DNA of 64,000 bases from Bispira polyomma (taxonomy: Eukaryota): assembly GCA_965649765.1 (NCBI GenBank), contig OZ287748.1:73842001-73906000 (forward strand). The letters are read 5' to 3'. This document shows positions 1 through 11,400 of this stretch, piece after piece. Made by a program: the position numbers and the translations under genes. Numbering within the stretch: position 1 is the stretch's first letter; each line of letters opens with the position of its first letter. Under the pieces are notes generated by a model. The model was not told the DNA's origin, made no database searches, and saw nothing but the letters and a program-made list of their open reading frames with translations.

Positions 1-579
1 TACTTGGACATGTCGTATCCGTACTTGGAATGCGACACTAAGTCTGAGTAGCCATTGCTGGGATACTGCAGCGAGTGTTGGTAAGGCCGCGTCATGGAGT
101 CGTAGTAGAAGCCGTTGGTATAGCCGTGTCTGTCCACATCTAACCTGGCAAGACTCTCCGTACCTGGTGGGTACATCCCAGTGGCTGCGAACGAGGGGTA
201 ACCATTTCTGTAGAGGTCTGCGGCTGTCTCCAGTGACAGGGGGTTGGTGGTGGCTCCTGTAGTGTAAGATGTCAGTAGTTCATTCTTCATGTCGCCACTT
301 ACTCCATAGCCTGCTGCTGTATAGCCGTTGAGACCAGTGTAGGCTGAGCTGTAGCCATTTAGTCCATTGTAGACCTCTCTGTAAGGGGTCTTCCTCTTCC
401 TCCCTGCTTGGAGGTAGTCCTTTAACTGTGTCTTAGATTTCTTCTTACTGGGTTTGACCTTGGACAGGTCCTCCTCTTCAAGAGCCGCTCCAAACCCACT
501 CGGGTCGGCGTCTATGATGGGATACGGCAGTTTGAACTCGGAGCCTCTTTTACCAAACAGGTCTTTCCCTTCATCTTCA
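1..579 (-). CDS. AHR: AHR exon 10, C-terminal/transactivation region, runs off window edge
   Basis: tttttacag|T GAA GAT GAA GGG, open to position 1. Encodes [20 protein letters not shown]...[53 protein letters not shown]...SKYGYDMSK. The T|EDEG junction matches the conserved AHR T|DEEG junction, and GC content is higher than in the flanking intron. Confidence 0.93.
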
Positions 580-3500
580 CTGTAAAAACAAAGGACTGTA
601 TTAGTAACCTGTTATATTATTTTAACAATGTACAAATATATGGTAAAATTTAACAATTTTAATTTTGCTTAAATTACCCAAAATAAACTTTCATTTTTGG
701 GATTCTATACAAACAGTCATTCTTATTTTAATTTTTAAACATTTCTTTTTATTAATTAACTTCTTAAATAAATAATATCAGACTGTATTATTTATATCAG
801 GCAATATATAAAATTTCTATACTTTCTGTTATCCAAGTGAATTTTCAAACTGACTAATGCATTTTGTTCATATCGCAGGAGTATTGTACTTCTAATAGTT
901 GCCATAGAATAACTGGCCAGTATATTGGCACCATAAGGTATCTCTTGCATGCATACTTTGTTCTTTGTATTATATAAAGATTATATTAAGATAATATATG
1001 TTTCAAACTGTAATATTTACTCTTTACCTTTGTTTTAAATAACCTACAATAAAAAAATAACCAATTTAAAATGACCTAGATACTGTTGACTGTTAAAGTA
1101 TATTTTAGGGAACATTAATTAATAATTGATGTTTAGATACAACAAAACTAAGTAATCAGTATAATCTTACGTGAGATGCCTGTGAGTACAGATGACAAAG
1201 TCTGGTTTACTGTTTTTATAAACCACCTTGGAACTCGTCTGGAGCCAGATCCAGCGCATGTCTTTGGTCATCAGTCGGTAAGCAATCAGACCAGAACTGC
1301 CTGTCTTAATTACTAGTAACAAAACAAACACAGAGACATTTAATATTAAAAAATAACATGACACAGAACTCTTTTAATTTTTCTCAAAAAAAATGTGCAC
1401 ATGTATGTGTTTTCATAATGGAGTAATATATTTGACATATGCATGTGTACAATATAAACATCTCTTTCCACATAAGGAAACGGCTCAATTTTTTAGAAAA
1501 TATTGTTACTTTTTTTTACCATGAAGTTTGCACAAAAATATGTTAACAAGGTATAACGTTTTGATAAACCATATTAAAAAAAAAAAATCTGTAGATTCTT
1601 AATAAGAGGCATATCGCCTTGGTATCAAAACCGCCAAAATGATATACCTTGTTCGGTCTTGGTTTCCGAATGTGTCTAATTTTATCCAGACCAACAGATA
1701 CTGAAACCAGTTAAGCGTTGTACAGATATATTCATTTTCGTAACCAAACATTTAAATATTTTTTTTAAAAAGACGAGGTAATAGATACATACAAGATGGT
1801 TAAAATTCCATCCTTTGTGACACCTTGTTATTTAATGAACACTGCATTTCTATTACCAGAGCCACAAAGGGGATATACCCACAATATTTTTTTTCTATTT
1901 TTTACTCTATGTACGACTCTCTCATAAACTGAAGAAGATCTGTAAATGAGCTAGTTTTAGATATTTAAACCTGTAACTTGTCCCTTTTTGACTATTTGTA
2001 CACATGTAATCATAAAATGCATACAGTACATGTGCTTGTATCAAAAATGTTATTTCAAATTTTATGAAGAATGTATTAATGATTTAGATGTGCATGGAAT
2101 CAGTGGTAGGAAAGAAATTGGTGCAAACATTTAGCTTTACTAAATGTTTTTTGGTTGATACTTCTATTTGATTCAAGCCTACTTCTTTTTAGTTGTTTTA
2201 ATCTTCTAATATCCCAATAAAATCCAAACACCCCTGGACTGTTTCTTCAAATACTTGGGTTCAAATCTATTTGGATTCTTTTTGTGAAGAATTTTCCTGC
2301 TTACAGTGGAACCAGTATATTCCAAACTTTAATTATCTAAGTATTTTGATTTGATGAATTTCAGTTCAATCTCTCAAATTCATATTTTAATTTCGTTTCA
2401 CACTAAAAGTTCCACTTTTACTTTTATGAACTTTCTATCGTCCGAACAAAATCATACCCCCTCCCCCTCTATGTTTGTTCAGTAGAGGTTTATAAGGTGA
2501 GACTTACATTCTTGATGAGCTGCTGCATAGTAATTGAGGTCATCAGGGTGAATGAGGTCATAACCTCCTCTCTCCATCAGTTCTTGGTCGGAGTAACCAA
2601 ACAGAATTTTTCCCCTATAGAAAACAGAAAAGAAAATCATGAAGATACATCATTTGTAACAAAAAGACACGCAATGTTAAAGACAAAGAAATATAAACTG
2701 TAACCATACAGTTGAAACCCTGCAGGGTAGATTTTAAAAGAGAAGGCACAAAACTAAAATCCTACTCTATATGTATATATCTGTTGTTACACCTTAACCT
2801 CTAAAGAAACAGACATGAAAACAAAAATGTATATGCATTATTGACTACTGCCCAAGTAGAGTCAACCAGCACCAGTAACTGTCACTCCCCTAACTGACAA
2901 GATGGCCGACATGTAAAATCATTAAAACCTATGATGATAGTAAAGTTTCAGTTCAGGATAGTTCCAAGTTTTTAAAGGAGAAATACAACTGAATTATAAT
3001 TGCATAAATAATAATGGAAGGTTATTTTAAAATAAATTCATAAAAAAGGGGGTCATTCAAGCTCACTGAGTGCTTACCACGGCATTAAGATTGCTTATTA
3101 TCACTATATGTTTACTAAACTTAATCAATGGTCTTGAAAAAAAATGTGATTTAAAACAAACCCCCACACACAGTAGTAGTAGAGTAAGGAATCTCAAATT
3201 TGCCACTGTATCTGAAATTCACCACCTAGTAAATGTTGTGTTTTTGGTAGAGTTATGGGTAATATTTGCTGAAATTGACTAATTTACATACCTATCTTAC
3301 ATACCTAAATTCTAGTTATTTTTCGCCAGTTTTTATTGATTTGGCTTAAAGTTTAGGGTTGGCGAATTTCAGATACAGTGGCAAATTTTAGATTCTTTAC
3401 TCTATATCATTATTTTGCCCCCAAAATATGCCATCTGTTTGGTTAGTTAGACATTCACAATTGCTGATTTCATTGCCAGTGCACTACTTTAGATATGATA

Positions 3501-4305
3501 TATAAACGACAAGCCAAATTGTTTACAATACAAGGAGAGAAAAAGCCAAAGCAAGGTTTACTCTCGAGATGAAACTTTTCACAGTTCTCTAGTTACCCAC
3601 AATAGTAAATCCACCGAACGTCTGACGAGAGAGGCGTGTAATTCCATTCAGTTTACTAATAAAATTTCTTTCACTTTAAAAGTTTTCCCCCCAAACAAGA
3701 AACTGAAATAGATAATAGTTACCAATGATAACATTCAATCCAAGCATTTTAAGCCTTGCCCTCCTCCTCCACCACCATTTTTCTTTTTTCTTTCTTCGAA
3801 AAATACTTGGATGCATTCATTATTGTTGATATAATAGTAAAACCAACACTACTCTCAAGAAATAAGACGCCTCTAATAGTCATCCTTACATTTTTTTTAG
3901 CCTTCTATTCAAATCTGTCGCTGTACATGTATGTCCCTCTGCAACTTTCATTGTTTTCAAAGTACCCAACATTACATTTCAGTCAAAAGGGGTATCTGTT
4001 TTTTTGCTGATGCGGAGGGGGGCCAATGTCAATAAAGAGGTAAAAACATAGGGCGACTTCTCTTCTGTTTGTCTTTTATATTCTACTATTTTCTGATATA
4101 TATATTTTTGTTGCTACATAAAGAAGGAAATAGTAGATACAGTATCACACATAGGGTAGTGTTCAAACATGTTGTTCTTACTGGGGAGGAATGTGTAAAA
4201 GCTTCTAAAAATCAGAACCGTTCTTTAAACCAGATTCCGTTGAAACTTAGAAATCAACATTTGGACTTAGGGATTGACGTTTTATCGTTCATTCTTTGTT
4301 TATAT

Positions 4306-4336
<31 letters not shown>

Positions 4337-7300
4337 ACACTTATATATTTTAAAAATTATATTTATATATTAAGGAGGAAGTGTATTCTTAATTCACTTA
4401 TAGGTAAAAAATATGAAAATAAGTTTGAGTTTCAATGTGAGGTGAGCGTGAGTAGAGCCAAATATATTTTCAAATAGGGTTGTTACAATACGAATGTAAA
4501 TATTTGTAATATCACTTAAATTTCAATTACAAAAAGCGTGCTGTGGCAAAGTGACAGTCACAGAGTGTGGAATCAAATAATTACCTAAGAAATTTAAACT
4601 TCTGATGATAAAAAAAAGACAGAAAGTGGTTTCAAGAATAATTAAAATCTGTCCCGAAACAAATGTAACTTTTGTACATCATTTCTAAAGAGCTTCTCAG
4701 TGTCATTGTGTAGTCGGTGTCAAAATATGGAATTGAATTTCCATGTGCATATAGATATATATTACTTTTTTATATACTTTAATAGCAGGAGTATACATGG
4801 AATTTTAATCAGCAACAAAATCACAATCTTTAGTAGACCACAAGAACTTATTTGGTTAGTTTATATATCAAATAATTACAATTCAAACAGCCAGGGAACC
4901 CTGTCACAACTATAGAAGAGACCGGGGGGGGGGGGGGGGGGGAGGGGAGGGGGGGGGTTATGTGTCCATATTCCCTGCAGACACTTAAGCTCAAACTTAG
5001 ATTCAACTCAAACAATGGGTATGGATAAGCCCTGTATATAGAAATAACCTACACTTGTGACCATTCATTTTTAATAGAGTCCCACACTTGCAACCATCCA
5101 TTTTTAATAGAGTTTTCAGCAAATAAGACTTTTTCTTTTACTTTGAATCCATGGAGACTGGAGCCTGTCCATCTTGTGTTTATAGAAAATCAAGGTCAAA
5201 CTCAGACTTTCCTCTAGGAAAGAGTATATGAGAAGCCAGACATGTATATGGAAATAACCTACACTTGTAACCATTCATTTTAATAGAGCTTTCAGCACTG
5301 AATTCAAATATGCCGACAGATTTTATTTATCTTTGGTTTTTCAAAGGTGACTTTGAGATTTTGAGTCAACTCTCTCACCTTGGATCCATAGACACCGGCG
5401 CCATGTCCATTTTGTGTTTGCTCTTAAAGGTGTAGTCCCTGGGGGGCATGTCCAGCATTGGGACGGGTCCAAACGGACAGCAAATGGCAAACAGGGCCAG
5501 AAGGGGCTCCGTCTGTTCTGACTTGAGACTCTGGCCATGGAGGTACTTCAGCTTACCGCTGATTTCTAGTGTCTGTAAATATACAAACAAAGCGGAGGTA
5601 GAAAAAAGTTGTAACAAACATAACATATTATATTTTGTTATAGCATATTTAAACAACATAGGGTCATTTCTATGGGCAGCGAGGCTTGAGAATGACCATT
5701 TATCAACGTCCTCAAAGATCTTTAACCTGCCACTGGAGATAGAACTCTGAAGATTAATTTCAATAACATGTTTTCTACCTGTAATCACGGTAAATTATTA
5801 ATGACAGAGAGCAGATAAAGACACGTTGATGCTTCATTAATCTTTTGGTTGAAAAATTTACAAACAGATATAGAAAACGATAGGGAACCAAAGAGGAACA
5901 GGTACATTTTAAAAATCTGAATCGTCATTATGTCAATTATGTGAGAAAAAAAAGTTCATTATCAATTGATGCAAAGATGAATACATACCAAGCATTTAAA
6001 GGTAGTTCACTATATGAACTGAATATCAAGCAATGAAACCTTAAACCTAAGATTATATTTTTTTGTTTACCCTTGGAAAAATCTCTATAGTAATATACAT
6101 ATAGGTTTTACCTTTTTTTGTCTAGTTAACATATTTCCAGCAAAAAGATTCAAGCCAAAGCGTCAGTTTTGTCCCAAATCAAATGTAAGATATAATTATT
6201 GTTGAATAAGACAAAATCCTTCAAGAAAAAGACTTTATAGCTTTTCTTCTATTTATATTTACTGCACTAAATAAACCTGAACTATTTGTCAACTATGATG
6301 CATAAATTGGTGATCTGTTTACATTTTTAACAAATAAAGAAATTCTTCTCGGTTTTTTTTGGTGATGCCTTCACTTGTACCAGTACGAGTAAAATATATC
6401 CTTTCGCCAGACAAGCCTTACAATTTTATTTCACTGTCATTCTTTTTGTCCAATTTTTTTAAGACAAACATGGATATATGTTTGCCAGTCAGCATCTGTT
6501 TTAAATTTCTAAGCTATGCATTTTTACTGCATTAATTCTATAGTAAAATGTCATATGTCATATATAAAATGAAATTTCACCAAACACATATACATTTTTA
6601 AATTAAGGACGCCAAAAACAAATATTACAATAATAAGTCTGAAATGACTTATAAACCAAAACTATAATTTTAATTGCTGCAACTTTTTAAAAATTATTTA
6701 AGGGTAATATACCCCAATCACCACCAATATAAAATACTGCCCCTCTCTTAAAACATAGGTGGATCAGAGAAAAGTTCACTTAAATATACTTATACAATTA
6801 TCTTGGATAACTTCTCGATGTGATCACATATGTTTTTCATATACCCATACAAAAAACGTAAAACAGGGGGTTTGTTTTAAGTCAGGGCGAGTAATCAAGA
6901 GACAGTTGGTTATGTAAGAAGGAAACTGGGGAAAGGGCCTTGGGTGGTACAAACAGTATCTATCATGCCAAAAAAACAGGCCGCCGCTCATATCACTGAC
7001 CCTTTTTTTTAATGCAAACCTAGCTAAAATATCGGGTATTGTTTCCTTTAGACATTTGCTTGACTTATTTCAAACTCCTGAACTGATTACGTTACAAACG
7101 CATATATTTGAAACATTATAAGGTTAGTCATAATATTGAGAAAATTAAAACCAAAGGGGGTTTGTTATAATGTTTTTTTTCTCTCTCTTTTTTCTTATTC
7201 TTCCTCTCTATTAAATCAGTCTTGTTTCATCGTTATTATGTATTGATAGACGGTAGACTTAATTAAAACATGGGTCTGTATGTGTATAACTGATCCTCTG

Positions 7301-8450
7301 TTTTAAATGTCTTCCAAAATTCAGGGGTTCCGTATTTCATAACAAAGGTCGTAAACCTAACTTCACAATACATATAGTCTCAAAAACTCATAGTCAAGCT
7401 ATGTATATCTTTATGTACAAGGAAGCTGTATGTACAAATCTGACTCCATATTCAAATTCCTGGCTGAAAGCTCTATTAAAATGTATGGTAGAATTCTAAC
7501 CTATCTAGATTATAATTCCCTTTAATAACTGAAGGAAATTTACATCTAATATTTGAGTTGAAGCATGAGTGTAAATTTAAGACCTTTAATTCCTACAGGC
7601 CACGATCTCATGTTACTATTATTAAACCACATATTTTTACACAAGATAAACATATTTTAGTTCCTTATTTTGTTTTATTACATTAAATGATAAAAATGGA
7701 AGTTGTTAAGTACAGTGTATTTAAAAATGACAAAAATGGTAAACAAAATTTAAATCGGATGTTTTGTGTTTATCTATTATCTTATTAAGTTTTCATACCT
7801 TTTTTAAAATGTGATCTGCCCATTGTTTAACTAATTTACACAGAGATATACTCACAATGAAACCCGAGGTGTTGTCAAGTAAACAGCGAAATCGAACAGT
7901 GAAACAGCGTGTCAAATAATGAGAGTTTTCTGAAAAGACAAAAAAATATACATGTAGATTTATGTACTATATAAGTTTGTCTACACAAAAAATATAGACT
8001 ATAATTTATTATAATGTAAAAAGACAAAGAAGTACAAAGTGTTTTTAAGACTTCAATTCCTCATATTTTTAAGGAAAATATATGTTGTAAATGGACATTT
8101 TCATATAAATAGACAAATTGACAGTGTACATAAAATATTGTGTAATAATGAGAATATATACAAAATAATGTACACTGTCAATTTGTCTATTTATATGAAA
8201 ATTTCAACATATATATGCCAAAACAACTTTATTGAAGGCAACTTATTAAAATGATGGTATCTTTGTTACTTTTCTTTTCAAAGGAGGAATTTTTTTCTTT
8301 CTATCATCTTGACTTTCAGAGGGAAAAACATTAAAAAGGAACAGTGTTTAATTTCATCTGTGTGTATAACCTTACCAGAAAGCTGCTAATAAGACAAGTA
8401 TACTTGGAAAATAAACCAACAGTACTGATGTTACTAGCATTTCTTACGGC

Positions 8451-8487
<37 letters not shown>

Positions 8488-11400
8488 GTATTACATGGAT
8501 TAGATTAGATTAGTGTTGGTTTCATATCTCTTCCACCATGTTTTGAGTCATGGGAAGTTCACTGGTGCAGGAAATCAGAACAGTGGACTTGGTCAAGGTT
8601 GTTCCGCTCTACAAACCACCAGCTTTCAGCAAGTCTGCTGCCAACTTTCCGACAAACATGTCCGGGCCAAGATTCAAACCCACAAGGGCAGCGGTGAAAG
8701 GCCCTAGTAGAACGTGTATTATACAAACCAAACTACAGTGGTTTTAAATATAATGAGCCTCCTATTAATTCTCAATAAACTGTTATTGGTGTAACAAAAA
8801 CATATAGCCTGGGAAAGGTTATAAAATTATAGATTGTATGTAATCAGATCAATCCAATTCTAGAAGTGGGGAGGGGGGGGGGAGGGATGGAGGGTGTTCC
8901 AATCTCTTCATCTTAACCTGGGGCTGACATTACACATTTAAAGTATTTTAGTATTGCCCCTAGAGTTATAAAAGAAGTTGTGTTATACAAAGCTGACAAG
9001 AAAAGTTTGTCAAATACAAAAAATCAGTCCAGACAAATACAGATATATAGATTATACATTATAATGTAAAAAACAGATAAAGGAGTGAGTGGGTGGGATG
9101 AAAAGGATGAGACATAGGGTGTAGTGGATATTTGGGAGGGGCAGAGAACGGACCAAGGTTATTAATTTTTCTGACTTTTTTTCTTTAAGGGGGAGGGGAG
9201 TGTAATTATAATTTTTGTTTCACTTACAACTTCAACACTATTTAAATATCAATTCTGTTATCACTTTTTTTTAGATTATTTTGTGGACAAAGTGTAATCA
9301 TCATTTTTCTATCACTTAAAACTTAATTACTATTTAAATATCAATTCTGTTATTTAAATTTCTTATTTCTTTCCTTACCAAGTAAGTTAAAAACTAGAAA
9401 CACTAAAAATTAAAACTACCTTGAGGTGACCTTAACCTCTGAAATTTTTTTTTAGTACACTGGGACGAACCAGGAAAAAGGGGGAAAAATTGAATATTTT
9501 CCAGAAGTCCTCAATCATCCCGTTAATTAACACCACTGTCAAACATGTCCTAACATAACTCAACCCACTTCTTTTTTGCTCTTTTAATTTCCATTAAAGC
9601 CCACTTGGTGACTCACAATGACAACAATAAAATAAAGAACAATGATAATTGTGCTGAACACTCTTAGAAATGGACCACCATTTTTGCCCTGGAGTCAGTG
9701 AAAACCCTTTGAGGGATGGAGATCTGTGAAGTTTGAATACCTTATTAGACAAATTACTGCTACCAAACTGATATATAGATACAATATCTGAATCTAACTC
9801 ATAGAAAAATTAACGTTTAGTCCAAAAGATACAACAAGGATAGCTTAGATCTGACAGTATTCTATCTAGATTTGATTATCAAAGATAAAATTATGTATTA
9901 CACGTAGATACATAACTGGATTAGTTTATAGGCTAACTCTCTTGAGATGGAAAACTAAACACCAGGAATATATATATGCTGTACCCTGATCTTTTGTATA
10001 TTCAAATTGCATCAGTGGAGCTATTATAAACCATTAAATTACACATGTAAAAGTTGTATCTAGCAGTCAAAAAGTGAGCACATTTCAGACGCTGTGAAAA
10101 CACTTCAAAGGGAAAGTCCAAGACTTCAAAAGGGATTTCTAGCAGATCAATTAACAAGTTAGTGACACCACATTAGCTGGTTTTGAAGAATCAACAGAAG
10201 CTTAAAGTGTTTTCTATTGTGGACACACTATCCCCAGCAGACCACAAGCTGAAACCCTTCCATTCTTCTTGTGGTTCCTAATACTACTAGGCCTGCATTA
10301 GCAAGTCATCATTGTATTTGTCTGTGTGTAGTAATGAGAGGGGGTGGGTGATTAAGCATGGGAGGAGGGAGGGGTGTGGATGAGAGGGTGTGTCCATGTG
10401 TACAGAAGCCCTGGGGTATCACAAACTGGCCACTGTCCCCAGAGGGGGGGGATTTCATAAGAAGATTAGTACTGGTAGGCCCCTCCCTCAAATGCCCCAG
10501 GGGCATGGAAGAGAAGGGGTTGGGGAAGAGGAGATGGTGGGAGACAGAACTTTAAGGGAGCCAAGATGAACACATAGTGGCGAGAGGACCTGGGCTTTTT
10601 TTTGTGTGTATCATAGAAGTAGAGTGGGTAGCCTTGCGCCAGGCTAACATTTTTTTTAAAGAATATTATCATTTAACCTTGAAATTGCCATGGAATTGAA
10701 TGTGATCACAAATAAAGAGTTAAAAAGTTTGATAATGTAATGTAATGTCAAAAAGACTCATTTGTTTTTTTGAGTTATTCTTAAGATTTGGTCAAAATAC
10801 AAGCATGGCTCTGTATTTGCCCTGTCCAGAGAACTCTATAGAATTATTCTGACACTGGTACCATTTCTCACACTTAAGTGATTAGAACAGTAAAGCTTAT
10901 TCATTCTTGTTGAAGAAACTCTATTATCCATTAGTGTTCTTTAAACCCAGAATTCACAATTCTTTGAGGACACTGGAGCCTTTTGGTAAGGCTACTAAGT
11001 GGGTTTTTGAAGTCGAGGTTTTTTTTAAGAGAGATAGTTGGGGGGGGGGGGGGGAGAGTGGGGTTATCTGACAAGTGTTGTAGAGAGAGAGACTGTGAAG
11101 TGGACACTTTATTGAGACCCTCCACCTTCTAAAACCCTCAACACAACAACCCTTCTCCAGACCATATGCAAGTCCAAGGTGACAAAAAACCAAGAGCATA
11201 CGGAGATACAGTGGTAGAATTAGGGGTAAATCAGAATTAGGAGGGCGGCTGGTGGGGGTGATCTAAAAAAAATAGAAGCCCTCCTGATGATGATGAGAGT
11301 TTGAGGATTTAGACAACCAGACAGCCTCACACCACAGGTACTTGAGAGGCAATTGTTGGTGGTCACAATGCCCCCACAGCGGGTCAACGTAAACACCAAT

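Noticed and set aside
8498-8703. Functional tRNA gene (also considered at 24555-24655)
   Set aside because: Only degenerate A/B-box-like remnants are present, with no complete cloverleaf. A SINE origin explains them better.
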